This document shows, piece by piece, positions 8,722 through 18,432 of a DNA stretch of 64,000 nt (the stretch's first letter is position 1; each line of letters begins with the position of its first letter). Under the pieces are notes generated by a model. That model was not told the DNA's origin. It worked only from the letters and a program-made list of their open reading frames with translations, and made no database searches. The stretch is taken from the IMG/VR virus record IMGVR_UViG_3300033153_006243, positions 21,444-85,443 of that record; one strand, given 5' to 3'. This DNA is from a virus. Made by a program: the position numbers and the translations under genes.

Positions 8722-8917
8722 GATTGAGCTGGAGACGGAATTGATAGAGGCCCATGCAGGAATGGACGAGCGGCTAGTCTGGTGCTCCTTTTGCCCGGAA
8801 CTGGGGGCGGCATCCTGCGGGGATACAAAAGGGGAGGCGATTAGGAATATCAAGGAGGCGATAGAGACCCAGTTAGACGCGATGCGGGAGCTTGGAAAGA
8901 GGATGGAGGAAGAATGA
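8681..8917 (+). CDS. HicB-like antitoxin domain protein
   Basis: CPELGAASCGDTKGEAIRNIKEAIE matches the HicB N-terminal pattern. Confidence 0.75.
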   Translation: MLKKKIFTEDGEFEIELETELIEAHAGMDERLVWCSFCPELGAASCGDTKGEAIRNIKEAIETQLDAMRELGKRMEEE

Positions 8918-9612
8918 AGGTAGTCGTTATCGGAGCAGGGCCGAGCGCGACGGTCTATCCTCATGCTAAAGAGATAGATTCGGCGGATAAGGTGGTCCGG
9001 GTGAACTACTACGAGATCAAGGGATACGAGGATCGTGTAGGAACCCGGACGGATATATGGATCACGACCCGTCTTGATTCCCATAAAGGCTTTCGGGACA
9101 ATATGAGGGATTTCTTAATAGATTGGGTTCCCGACGGGATCGATAAGATTGAGGCTATATGGATATATCCGCGAAGGGGAAAGGAGAGATATGGGGATCA
9201 GCTTACTAGAATCCTGGCCCTTCGGCCCGATCTGGAGCCTGTCATAACGGAGCGCGGCTTTGTTACCTATACGAATAAGGAATGCGGGAACGAGGGGACG
9301 AGTATAGCGTCGGGGCGACCGTCCTCTGGGACAATGGCCGTGTTCCTCGCCTTTCAGCGGTTCGATCCGACGGAAATGCTGATTATGGGGTTTGACGCGG
9401 TGCTTACGGATAGCCCTGCCTATATGGACTATTATGGTTCGATTGGGAGGCCAATTTTTCAGAAGGAAAACCCCCGCAGTTCCGGCCATCACTATGATAG
9501 AGAGCGGGCGTTGATATTTAAGACCGCTAGGGAGTTCGATATGGACATGGATGCCGTGGAGCAGTATAGCGGGATTGTGCGTTTCCGAAAGGTAGGGATT
9601 CCGAATGAATGA
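8914..9612 (+). CDS. GT29-like (sialyltransferase-motif) glycosyltransferase
   Basis: VVIGAGPS..IDSADKVVRVN..VGTRTD (L-like), PSSG..MGFD (S-like), HHYDRE (VS-like). Confidence 0.75.
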   Translation: MKVVVIGAGPSATVYPHAKEIDSADKVVRVNYYEIKGYEDRVGTRTDIWITTRLDSHKGFRDNMRDFLIDWVPDGIDKIEAIWIYPRRGKERYGDQLTRILALRPDLEPVITERGFVTYTNKECGNEGTSIASGRPSSGTMAVFLAFQRFDPTEMLIMGFDAVLTDSPAYMDYYGSIGRPIFQKENPRSSGHHYDRERALIFKTAREFDMDMDAVEQYSGIVRFRKVGIPNE

Positions 9613-9991
9613 TATTCTGCTATCCGAAAAGTATCTAGTAAGCAGCCATTGGTATAGAGCAATGGCCGATGAGCTACAAAGGATAAAGCGGGGCCTTGAG
9701 GAAAGCCGGAGGGGGCTTTTTACCCTTGGGAAGACCCCGGAATCGAACCCCGAAATGTTTGGTAGGATTGATAGGGTATCGGGGGCTTGCGACGTGGCTG
9801 TAGCCCATCTCCATCTTACGAAGTTGGGACTAGACTTTGAGGAGAGTATAGCGGGGATAAGCGGTAGGGAGATTAAGGACATCAAGTGCCCTAAATGTGG
9901 GTTCGAGTGGGCGGAGAATCACCCGCGATTCTGTATGGTAGATATAACTTGTCCGTTCTGTGGAAAGGAGAAGGAGGCGGAACTATGGTAA
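9605..9991 (+). CDS. Hypothetical protein with C-terminal zinc ribbon
   Basis: CPKC..CPFC. Confidence 0.6.
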   Translation: MNDILLSEKYLVSSHWYRAMADELQRIKRGLEESRRGLFTLGKTPESNPEMFGRIDRVSGACDVAVAHLHLTKLGLDFEESIAGISGREIKDIKCPKCGFEWAENHPRFCMVDITCPFCGKEKEAELW

Positions 9992-10001
9992 GGAGGAATA
10001 G

Positions 10002-11405
10002 GTGAAAGTTCTCCTAATTGCCTATGACAATGGTTCCTTCATTCACCACTTCCCTTTGGGTTTGGGGTATATTGCATCGGCCCTGCGGGAGGCGGGGCAT
10101 GATGTGGAGATATACAACCAGGATAAGAACCATTGGCCCGACCAGCACCTAGCAACCTATCTCTATCATAATCCAGTTGACGTGGTGGGTCTTGGAATCA
10201 TCGCGGGCTATTATCAATACCAGAAGATACTGGCGATCTCAAAGGCCGTTATGGAGGCGAGAAGCGCGGGAGTAGAATTCCTTTACGTCCTTGGTGGGCA
10301 CGGCCCCTCACCAGAGCCGGAGTTCTTCCTGAAGAAGACGGGCGCGGACGTAGTGGTATTAGGCGAGGGCGAGAGAACCTTTGTTGAGCTTCTCGATGCG
10401 GAGAAGCAGGGGATAGGGAGGGAAGCCGTAAATGGCATCTATTTTCTGGCGGAGGATGGGACGGGGGTAAAAACGGCAGCAAGGCCGCTTATCTCAAATA
10501 TTGATGGGATTCCGTGGCCCGCGTGGGACCTATTCCCGATGGACTATTATTCCCTCATACGGCTATCCCATACGGCGAATGAGGATAGGGTGGCGGCGGT
10601 AGTCTCCGCCCGCGGCTGCCCGTTCAAATGTAATTTCTGCTATCGGCTGGATAAGGGAATCCGGTTGCGGTCGCCTGAACCTATCGTTACGGAGATGCAG
10701 GAATTAAGGTCGAAATACGGAATGAACTACTTTGGCTTTCTTGATGAGCTTTTGATGTTTGGTGAACAAAGGACAATAGCGGTCTCGAATGCGATTGAGG
10801 AAGCTTTCTTCGGATCGGTTAAGTGGGCATGTAATGGGCGGCTGAATTACGCTACCCCGAAGGTACTTAAGGCAATGAAGGATTCGGGATGCGTGGAAAT
10901 CAATTATGGCGTGGAGTGCTTCGACGACGAGGTTCTAAGGAGAATGAATAAGCAGCTTACTACGAGGCAGATTGAGGAGGGGACTAAGGCAACGCTTGAT
11001 TCGGGCATAACTCCGACGCTTAACGTTATGTTCGGGAATCTCGGCGAGACTGAGGAAACGCTATGGAAGACCGTCGAGTTCATGTTGAAGTATGATCCGC
11101 ATGAGACCCTACGGACGATAAGGCCGCTGACCCCCTATCCCGGCTCCCCGCTTTACTATCAGGCGATTGAGATGGGACTGCTCGAAGGGCCGGAGGACTT
11201 CTATGAGAACAAGCATACTAATTCCGATCTAATGAGCGTGAACTTTACCGACATACCCGATGATAGATTCTATGAGCTTCTCCTTCAGGCGAACGGAATG
11301 CTAATTGAGAAATACTACGAGCGCCAGAGAGAGCGGAACGAAGAGGTGCTTGATTCCCTATATCGAAAAAAGGATGCTAGCTTTAGGGGGTTCAGGCAGA
11401 CATGA
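10002..11405 (+). CDS. Cobalamin-binding radical SAM enzyme (class B methylase-like)
   Basis: PLGLGYIASAL and GGHGPS..GEGE B12 domain; RGCPFKCNFC; TPYPGSPLY. Confidence 0.92.
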   Translation: MKVLLIAYDNGSFIHHFPLGLGYIASALREAGHDVEIYNQDKNHWPDQHLATYLYHNPVDVVGLGIIAGYYQYQKILAISKAVMEARSAGVEFLYVLGGHGPSPEPEFFLKKTGADVVVLGEGERTFVELLDAEKQGIGREAVNGIYFLAEDGTGVKTAARPLISNIDGIPWPAWDLFPMDYYSLIRLSHTANEDRVAAVVSARGCPFKCNFCYRLDKGIRLRSPEPIVTEMQELRSKYGMNYFGFLDELLMFGEQRTIAVSNAIEEAFFGSVKWACNGRLNYATPKVLKAMKDSGCVEINYGVECFDDEVLRRMNKQLTTRQIEEGTKATLDSGITPTLNVMFGNLGETEETLWKTVEFMLKYDPHETLRTIRPLTPYPGSPLYYQAIEMGLLEGPEDFYENKHTNSDLMSVNFTDIPDDRFYELLLQANGMLIEKYYERQRERNEEVLDSLYRKKDASFRGFRQT

Positions 11406-11442
11406 AAGTTGATGCGGGGTTACCGAGCTAAGGAGGATTCTT

Positions 11443-11853
11443 ATGTGGCATGATTGGGAATGGTTTAAGGCTGTAATTTGGATGTGGTGTTTAAGGCTTT
11501 TGTTGTGGGGATGCATTGTAATCGGCGTTAGTTGTACCTTTGCATTAGTTGCCACGATAGTTTACTGTATTAAACATTGGAACGATCCGGTTCCTAATTT
11601 GAGTGATCAGTTATTTACAGAGATGCTTAAGGACTACAATGATGGTTGGAGGCCGTCTACTGCTCAATTTGTACCTGGACTTTTCGGGGTACAAGTGAAT
11701 CCGTGGTATAAGAAGTGTCTTTCCCCTTCTAAGTTAGTGAAGTGGTCAGAAGAGGTTCCATTTGATGAGGAACATAAGGAAGAATACCATGAGCGGGCAA
11801 ACCTCGTTCTTGATACAATTTTAACATTAGCGAAGGACGCGATGCACCCATGA
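11443..11853 (+). CDS. Membrane-anchored hypothetical protein (AT-richer cassette)
   Basis: TAAGGAGG RBS; N-terminal TM segment. Confidence 0.65.
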   Translation: MWHDWEWFKAVIWMWCLRLLLWGCIVIGVSCTFALVATIVYCIKHWNDPVPNLSDQLFTEMLKDYNDGWRPSTAQFVPGLFGVQVNPWYKKCLSPSKLVKWSEEVPFDEEHKEEYHERANLVLDTILTLAKDAMHP

Positions 11854-12806
11854 AAGTCAACGTAGTAGGCAAGACAAACTTCCGCTGGCTTTTCCACGGG
11901 TTATCTACGGCCCTTGAGAAGAATATAGATGGGGTGAAGGCGACAAAATTCTATGAGAAGGGCTTCGATCTCTATCACTTCTTCAGGCCGCAGGATTTAA
12001 TGCGGGAGAATTTCTCGTGGGACGTTCCTGCTGTAACCTCCTGTTTCGGGGTAGTCCCCGGTGAGACAGACTACGAGAGCTGTAAGAAGGCTTACGATTA
12101 TTGCGAGAGGATAATCGTCCAGTCTACCCCGAACCGCCAGCATTTCCTCGACATAGGGATTGCCCCGGAGAAGATCGTAGTTATCCCTACGGGTTCCGAT
12201 CCGAACCTATTTGACTTCCAGGAATGGAATATGACTCTTCCGTTTACCGTGGGGTTTGTAGGTAAGTGGTATTGGCATCTCGGAACCGTCGTGGATATTA
12301 AGGGGCTGCATCTACTACGGGATACCTTCTTGGAGCTTGACCGTAGAGGAGTATATGCCCGGCTGTTTTTCCTCGGCCTCGGTTGGGAGAAGACCGTGGA
12401 TGAATTCCGCCAGTTGGGTATAGATGCCTTCAGCATGGAGCGGGACGTGGAGATGAAATGGCCGGAGGACTACCCCCTTTTCTATAACTGGATGGACTGT
12501 GTGATTGTTACGTCAAAGATAGAGGGGGGACCTGCCTGCATCACCGAGGCCCTTTCCTGCGGACGGCCCGTAGTCGGGACGGATGTGGGGATGGTTCACG
12601 ACTTAATTACGAATGGCATAAACGGATATATCTGCGACCGGAGTGCAGATGCTTTGGCGGGGGGAATCATAAAGATTCTACTTAAAAGGGAGTCCCTTGC
12701 GGCGGGGGGTTGGAGGGGGGTTAGGAATTCCGTTGAGGGGCTGACTTACGATAATTGGGTTTGGAGACATAGGGAACTTTATCAGGAGGTGCTGGATGGC
12801 TATTAG
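11850..12806 (+). CDS. GT4-family glycosyltransferase
   Basis: TSKIEGGPACITEALSCGRPVVGTDVG. Confidence 0.9.
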   Translation: MKVNVVGKTNFRWLFHGLSTALEKNIDGVKATKFYEKGFDLYHFFRPQDLMRENFSWDVPAVTSCFGVVPGETDYESCKKAYDYCERIIVQSTPNRQHFLDIGIAPEKIVVIPTGSDPNLFDFQEWNMTLPFTVGFVGKWYWHLGTVVDIKGLHLLRDTFLELDRRGVYARLFFLGLGWEKTVDEFRQLGIDAFSMERDVEMKWPEDYPLFYNWMDCVIVTSKIEGGPACITEALSCGRPVVGTDVGMVHDLITNGINGYICDRSADALAGGIIKILLKRESLAAGGWRGVRNSVEGLTYDNWVWRHRELYQEVLDGY

Positions 12807-13047
12807 GCCGATAGTGAATACGGGCTTGACTGAGCATAAACTAATGAGCGAGATTGACAATTCAATTCGCGGGGGGTTTGTTCTCCTTGCGAAGATTCTT
12901 GCCGTTTGGGTTTGTAGTAATAATCCTAGTCCGGAGGCTACGGCAAAGACTATAGGGGAGAGCATTGAGGACTACGCATATCAAGAGCAGGGACCCCCGC
13001 CTGATCCTATGAACGTTCTGGCCAAAATGAAAGAAAGAAAGGGGTAG
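12796..13047 (+). CDS. Hypothetical protein
   Basis: AGGAGG RBS. Confidence 0.6.
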   Translation: MAIRPIVNTGLTEHKLMSEIDNSIRGGFVLLAKILAVWVCSNNPSPEATAKTIGESIEDYAYQEQGPPPDPMNVLAKMKERKG

Positions 13048-13051
13048 AAAG

Positions 13052-13309
13052 ATGCCTTGGACTGCTAGCGACGCGCCGAGTACGGTTAAGACCCCGGCAA
13101 AGCGTAAGAAGTGGGCGGAGATAGCGAACGCCGTAAGGGAGGAGTGTATTGCCGACGGCGGCGAAGAGAAGGAATGCGATGCCCAAGCAAAGATTGTAGC
13201 AAGCACTACGGTTAAGAAGAAGGCGGAAATGATTCTTCCTACCATGAAGATCGTGGAGATCGCAAGGATAGCCAGAAAAGGGGCAGTCGAGAATGCCGGA
13301 GACGAATAG
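13052..13309 (+). CDS. Small phage protein (MPW..KKWAEIANA type, ChaB/DUF2188-like)
   Basis: N-terminal motif recalled from phage head modules. Confidence 0.55.
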   Translation: MPWTASDAPSTVKTPAKRKKWAEIANAVREECIADGGEEKECDAQAKIVASTTVKKKAEMILPTMKIVEIARIARKGAVENAGDE

Positions 13310-13637
13310 AGCGCCTATGCCGTTTATCGCACCGAAGAGACAGAGGGAAAGAATTGAGCAGGCGAGAACGATGAGGATTAACCTTACCGTCGAGTCGAAC
13401 GCCCATGAGATTCTTAAACGTATAGAGAACGAGATCGGCGGGCGGGTTGAACGAATCGAGATGGCGATTAAGGAGCTTACCGAGGCGATAGAGGACTTAG
13501 AGGGGCTTGAGGAGACATTCGAGATTGAGATGACCTTGCGGCCTAATGCAAAATGGAAGGAACCGAAAGAGAAGAAGCCCTCGTGGATTACGTGGGTATG
13601 GAGGCTGTTTGGGGTTCCAGGGCAGGCTAATCGGTAG
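13293..13637 (+). CDS. Hypothetical coiled-coil protein; 3' end overlaps tRNA-Gln
   Basis: ORF track; operon packing. Confidence 0.55.
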   Translation: MPETNRAPMPFIAPKRQRERIEQARTMRINLTVESNAHEILKRIENEIGGRVERIEMAIKELTEAIEDLEGLEETFEIEMTLRPNAKWKEPKEKKPSWITWVWRLFGVPGQANR

Positions 13638-13687
13638 GCCAACGGACTTTGAATCCGTCAGAGGAGGTTCGATTCCTCCCTCTGGAG
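13616..13687 (+). tRNA. tRNA-Gln(TTG)
   Basis: Acceptor TCCAGGG/CTCTGGA; ACGGA-CTTTGAA-TCCGT; GGAGG-TTCGATT-CCTCC. Confidence 0.88.
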
Positions 13688-13692
13688 CAAAC

Positions 13693-13760
13693 GCGGGTGA
13701 AAGGGTTTTGGCTTGGGATTCCATCCCAGGTATACGCGGGTTCGACTCCCGCCGCCCGCT
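13693..13760 (+). tRNA. tRNA-Gly(TCC)-like RNA lacking a D-arm
   Basis: GCGGGTG/CGCCCGC plus T discriminator; TTGGG-ATTCCAT-CCCAG; GCGGG-TTCGACT-CCCGC; only 13 nt where the D-arm should be. Confidence 0.72.
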
Positions 13761-13774
13761 CTAAGGAGATAGCG

Positions 13775-15175
13775 ATGCTAAAGGCAGAAGAAGAAGTAAT
13801 CAATCTCGCCGATTACTATAAGCCAAATAAGAGGCAATGGCTCGCCCACCAGAGTTCGGCCCTAGTCACCGGGGTCGGCGGCGCGAAGGGGGGCGGCAAG
13901 ACCGTGTTCCTAGTTAGGGAGGGGCTTGAACTGAGTCTCGATGTTCCGGGGAATGTGGGGTTTATTTGCCGACATGAGGCATCCTCATTTATCAAGAATG
14001 TCCTTCCGGTGATGGAGAAGTTTATTCCAAGGAAACTGATTAGGGAGCACAATAGGGTCCAAAAATATATGATCATTAACACCGATATCCCCTCCCTTCC
14101 GAGCAGAATCTATTATGGGGGGTTGAGGCCAACTAGGGGGGTAAGCCCGCTTGATAGGATTAAGGGATTCGGCGGGGGGTTAGGTTGGTTCGCAATAGAC
14201 GAAGCGAGCGAGACGGAGGAGCAGTTCTTCTTGATGCTATTGGGTGAGCTGAAGCTGAACCTTCTAGATAGGCACGGCAAACCTATGATACATAGGGCAA
14301 TGATCTCGACGAATCCCGAACCCGGATGGGTATATCGGAGATTCATCAAGAATCTTCCGCCTGACCATAGTTTCATCCCGTTTCTTCCAAAGGATAATCC
14401 GTTTCTTCCGAAGGATTACGTTAAACGGCTAAGAGCCAACTATCCTCCTGATTGGGTATTGAGGTACCTTGAGGGAATTTGGGCGGTAGAGTCCGATACT
14501 AATAGGGTCATTCCGTATCTGCTGCTTCAGAAGACCATAGATTTGCCGGAATCGGAGAACGGCCCTATACGGCTTGCCGTGGATGTCGCGAGATTCGGCG
14601 GGGATAGGTCGGTAATCGCCCGGAGTAGGGGGCCGAAGGTGAAGATACTATGGAGTAAATCCCATACGGACATGATGGTTGTTGCCGAGAAGGCCGTCCA
14701 GGAATACCGTAGGGAGGTTGCGTATCAACAGGCACAGCATAAGAAGAGGATAGAGGCCGGAAGGGATTCCGAACCTAATAAGGTCGATCTAATTATTGAC
14801 GCCGTTGGTTTGGGGGCGGGCGTGGTTGATCGGGTGAGGGAGATGGACAATAGTATTCGGGTAACGGAGTATATCGGCGGAGCTTCCGCAATGGAACCGG
14901 ATAGGTTCATTAACCTACGGGCGGAAACCTGGTGGAAGATGAGGAAGATGCTTGAGAATGGTGAGGTATGCCTTCCCGACGAGGACGAGCTTCACGCCGA
15001 ACTAACTGCACCGAAATACTCTATCCGTTCCGATCAGAAGATTGCGATAGAGTCTAAGGAGGATTTGAAGAAGCGGGGATTCCGGTCCCCGGATAAGGCC
15101 GATGCTGTAACGATGCTCTTTGGGGCGAAGGTGTTCCCAAAGTTGGATATTCTTATGTTAGGAGGTAGAAGATGA
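13775..15175 (+). CDS. terL: Terminase large subunit
   Basis: GGAKGGGKT Walker A, FAIDEASE Walker B, STNP, VDVARFGGD and SPDKADA; start ATG 13775 after AAGGAG (the upstream extension is tRNA). Confidence 0.95.
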   Translation: MLKAEEEVINLADYYKPNKRQWLAHQSSALVTGVGGAKGGGKTVFLVREGLELSLDVPGNVGFICRHEASSFIKNVLPVMEKFIPRKLIREHNRVQKYMIINTDIPSLPSRIYYGGLRPTRGVSPLDRIKGFGGGLGWFAIDEASETEEQFFLMLLGELKLNLLDRHGKPMIHRAMISTNPEPGWVYRRFIKNLPPDHSFIPFLPKDNPFLPKDYVKRLRANYPPDWVLRYLEGIWAVESDTNRVIPYLLLQKTIDLPESENGPIRLAVDVARFGGDRSVIARSRGPKVKILWSKSHTDMMVVAEKAVQEYRREVAYQQAQHKKRIEAGRDSEPNKVDLIIDAVGLGAGVVDRVREMDNSIRVTEYIGGASAMEPDRFINLRAETWWKMRKMLENGEVCLPDEDELHAELTAPKYSIRSDQKIAIESKEDLKKRGFRSPDKADAVTMLFGAKVFPKLDILMLGGRR

Positions 15176-16503
15176 GTTTCATTTCGAGAATCAAGAAGGC
15201 GGTGGGGGAGCTTGTCGGGAGAAGGTCTTCCCTTGGGGTTCCCTACATGCAGATCGGCGGGATGGGAATAGCATCCCCGAATAAGCCAAAGGAGTATCTC
15301 CAGTTATATGGAAGCATGGTCTGGGTCTATTCCTCAACCTTTGCGATATCGACGGGGGCGGCATCAGTTCCGATCAAGCTCTTCCAGATTAGCAAGGACA
15401 AGAAGGATCGTACTGAGATTCTAGATCACGATCTACTTACCCTTCTTAATAAGCCTAACGCCCATACGACGTGGAGCGAACTAATTGAGGGGACGCTGGT
15501 ATACCTCGAACTTACGGGAGATGCCTATTGGGAGATAGCAAAGCCTGCGGTAGGTAATCCGGGGGGGCTCTACCTTCTGCGGCCCGATAGGGTAAGGGTT
15601 AATCCCTCGGAGGACGGTAAGGCGGTTGCTGGGTATACCTATACCGTAGATGAGGGAAGGAGTAGGAAGAAGATCGCAAACTTCCCGGTGGACGACATTA
15701 TCCACTTCAAGTATTTTAACCCGCTTGACGACTGGCTTGGACAGGGAAGCGCAAAGGCGGCGACGGACACGATAATCCTTGAGCAATATGCTACCCGGTA
15801 TAATCAGGCGTTCTTTAAGAACTTCGGCTCTCCTGCCGGTTTCCTGAAGACCAACCAGCCTATTGATGAAAATGAGGCGGAAAGGCTCGAACGGAAGTGG
15901 GCACAGATGCATTCCGATCCATCAGATTCATTCAAGACCCCGGTACTTCCGGGCGGTATCGAGTATGAGGAGATAGGGCAGACCCCGCGGGGTGCGGAGC
16001 TTCTCGTTCAGCGGAAGGTCTGCCGCGAGGAGCAGCTTAGTTCCTTTGGCGTTCCTCCGGTAAAGGTAGGGTTGTTGGAGAATGCGAAGTACGCAAATTA
16101 TACCCTTCAGGATAGGGCGTTCTTTAGGGATACTATGCGTCCGAGATTGCGGATGATACAGGCGATAATCAACGTCTACCTCGTCCCGCTATTCGGGGAT
16201 AATCTACATTTCGAGTTCGATCTCTCAGAATATCTTGGCGAGGATAAGATACAGCAGATATTAAGGATCGAAAAGAGCATTTCCCTTGGTGCGATGACCC
16301 CGAACGAGGCTAGGAGAGAGCTTGACCTCGGCGAGCCATACGAAGGCGGGGATCAGTTCTATATGAGCACGAAGCTCCAGGCAGTTTCCGAAACTACGGA
16401 GAGCACCCTTGAGGGGGCCGCGCAGAAACTCGGCTATACTTCTGTTGCCCATTGGAAGTCCAGCCTGAAGAAGACCATTGAGGAGGAAGCAAAGCAGGAA
16501 TGA
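15172..16503 (+). CDS. Portal protein (HK97 family)
   Basis: LELTGDAYW, LRPDRV, IIHFKYFNP, FGVPP and TPNEAR motifs. Confidence 0.95.
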   Translation: MSFISRIKKAVGELVGRRSSLGVPYMQIGGMGIASPNKPKEYLQLYGSMVWVYSSTFAISTGAASVPIKLFQISKDKKDRTEILDHDLLTLLNKPNAHTTWSELIEGTLVYLELTGDAYWEIAKPAVGNPGGLYLLRPDRVRVNPSEDGKAVAGYTYTVDEGRSRKKIANFPVDDIIHFKYFNPLDDWLGQGSAKAATDTIILEQYATRYNQAFFKNFGSPAGFLKTNQPIDENEAERLERKWAQMHSDPSDSFKTPVLPGGIEYEEIGQTPRGAELLVQRKVCREEQLSSFGVPPVKVGLLENAKYANYTLQDRAFFRDTMRPRLRMIQAIINVYLVPLFGDNLHFEFDLSEYLGEDKIQQILRIEKSISLGAMTPNEARRELDLGEPYEGGDQFYMSTKLQAVSETTESTLEGAAQKLGYTSVAHWKSSLKKTIEEEAKQE

Positions 16504-17420
16504 AAGTTCCGTCGAAAGCGAAAAAGAAGCTATTCGCCCTGGACGTAATTCGGTTCCGTCTTAGTAGGGCGCGCATGATCCATCTTAGGACGAAACCCAT
16601 GTTCCAGGCTTGGGATAAACAGTGGGTAAGCTATACCCGAAAGAGCGGAATTCTTAATAAGGCCGAAAGGGAGGCTAAGAGAATTAGGGAGGTCCAGGGT
16701 CTAGTTAAGTCCGCAATTCCAATGGAAAAGGGGATGGCTATCGCCCTCGACGATTTCGGGGCGTGGCTGGATGATAGGGTACTTTTTCCATTCGATACCC
16801 CAAAGACTACTACCAAGAGAATCCATGATGGTCTTGTTAAGACGGCGGAGAAGTATGCCCCATTTCCAAAAAGGGGTTTGGGGCTTGCCGTTAGTTTGAG
16901 CCTCCAAGACCCGGCATACGCAGCGATTCTTGAGGGACGAGATAACCTGATAACCGTAGGGACGGCTAAAACCCGATTTGAGCAGATAAAGACTACGATT
17001 AGGGATGAGTTCATTCGGCATGGGAGGAATGCTGAGGAAGTACGGCGCGCCCTGCTTCCCGTTTTTAGGGATGCCTATAGGAACCAGGGATTATTGATAG
17101 CAAGAACCGAAGTTCACCATATTATTGGTAAGGCGAACTTCGAGACCTTTAAGGCGAACGGATTCGAGTTCAAGTCTTGGTATTGCGCCGGGAATAAGCC
17201 TTGTGATGTTTGTCTAGGTAGATGGGCGGAGGGAACCATCCCTTTTGGAGATGCGTGGGGCGATGGGGCTATGGACGCGGGGGATTCCCACCCGAATTGT
17301 TTTTGCATGATAGTACCGGAAAACCAAGGGGCAACTCCCCTACATCCTGTGGCTTTTGAGGGAATAGAAGTCCCGGATGCCGCTCTTGAACGCGGATATT
17401 GGGAGAGGGTTGCTGTTTAA
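16500..17420 (+). CDS. Minor head protein (Mu F / SPP1 gp7-like)
   Basis: IARTE..CDVC..HPNCFC. Confidence 0.85.
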   Translation: MKVPSKAKKKLFALDVIRFRLSRARMIHLRTKPMFQAWDKQWVSYTRKSGILNKAEREAKRIREVQGLVKSAIPMEKGMAIALDDFGAWLDDRVLFPFDTPKTTTKRIHDGLVKTAEKYAPFPKRGLGLAVSLSLQDPAYAAILEGRDNLITVGTAKTRFEQIKTTIRDEFIRHGRNAEEVRRALLPVFRDAYRNQGLLIARTEVHHIIGKANFETFKANGFEFKSWYCAGNKPCDVCLGRWAEGTIPFGDAWGDGAMDAGDSHPNCFCMIVPENQGATPLHPVAFEGIEVPDAALERGYWERVAV

Positions 17421-17442
17421 TCAATAGAATAGGAGAAAGCGA

Positions 17443-18393
17443 ATGAGGATCGAGGATCTCGATTCAGAACGGATTACTAAGCTGACCGACGGGCAGCTCT
17501 ATTCCATGCGGCTGAGGTTCATACAGATTTGGGATCGCTGGTTTACAAAGGGGACTCTACGGCTTAATGCCGCAGGGGGCCTTGACAGGGGGGAACTCCT
17601 GTCAAAGTATCAGGAGCTTGCCTCTGAGATGGGAAGTAGGAACCTAAAATTCAAGAGGCACCATAGTATCGACCGGGCGGCGTCGAAGGCTAAGATGTTC
17701 TTAGGTATTGATGTTCCCTCTCTTCCGACAAAGATAATTTCTGAGGGGTTCGTCTCTCTGGGGAAGGGATTCGTCGAGGATCCGAAGGGTGCTAAGATAA
17801 TCAAAGTCATCGTGAAGGGGGATAAGTCCGCCGCGCTTGAGAAGTACATTGCCAATATCCTAGATGGAATGGGCAAGCCGTTGGAGTTCTCCTTTGGAGA
17901 GCCGGAGGAGACCCATGCAATGGTCTATGACCTTGCCTTGATCCCACGACCTGAAATGGCGATAGTCAAGATTAAGGGGGGAACGGTTCCGGCTTCTTCC
18001 CAGAAGGTTAAGAAGGCCGAAGCTAATTTTGGGTTTGAGATTATGAAGGTAGATGAGGATAAGCATCTTATTGGTGGGGTAATCTACGCTCCTGATGAGG
18101 TTGATTCACAGGGGGATTACACCGATGCTGAAGAAATCTATAAGGCTATGGAATACTTCATGATCAATAGCCAGAAGATCAAGGTAATGCATAAGGGCAG
18201 GCAGATTCGGGCGGCAGTAATTGAAACCTATCAGGTTCCTATAGATTTGGATCTCTATGGTAGGGAGATTAAGAAGGGAACTTGGTGGATGACCGTAAAA
18301 GTTCTTGCCGAACCGGATGTATGGAATGATGTTAAATCAGGGAGATTCGGGGGATTCTCGATGGGTGGTAGGGCTATGGTAGCTGAAGAATAG
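17443..18393 (+). CDS. XkdF-like prohead protease (His and Ser-motif part)
   Basis: GVIYAPDEVDSQGD..MH..GTWW..VKSGRFGGFSMGG. Confidence 0.85.
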   Translation: MRIEDLDSERITKLTDGQLYSMRLRFIQIWDRWFTKGTLRLNAAGGLDRGELLSKYQELASEMGSRNLKFKRHHSIDRAASKAKMFLGIDVPSLPTKIISEGFVSLGKGFVEDPKGAKIIKVIVKGDKSAALEKYIANILDGMGKPLEFSFGEPEETHAMVYDLALIPRPEMAIVKIKGGTVPASSQKVKKAEANFGFEIMKVDEDKHLIGGVIYAPDEVDSQGDYTDAEEIYKAMEYFMINSQKIKVMHKGRQIRAAVIETYQVPIDLDLYGREIKKGTWWMTVKVLAEPDVWNDVKSGRFGGFSMGGRAMVAEE

Positions 18394-18403
18394 AATATTT
18401 GAT

Positions 18404-18432
18404 TTGACTTTTTACATGATTTCTGTTATAAT
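18404..18432 (+). promoter_or_regulatory. Strong sigma70-type promoter
   Basis: TTGACT-17-TATAAT with extended TG. Confidence 0.85.

Noticed and set aside
11412-11427. GCGGGGTTACCGA resembling the 3' end of a c-di-GMP-I riboswitch
   Set aside because: The 5' aptamer elements are missing and the upstream sequence is coding
13649-13774. N-terminal extension of TerL
   Set aside because: It overlaps two tRNA genes; ATG 13775 has a good RBS
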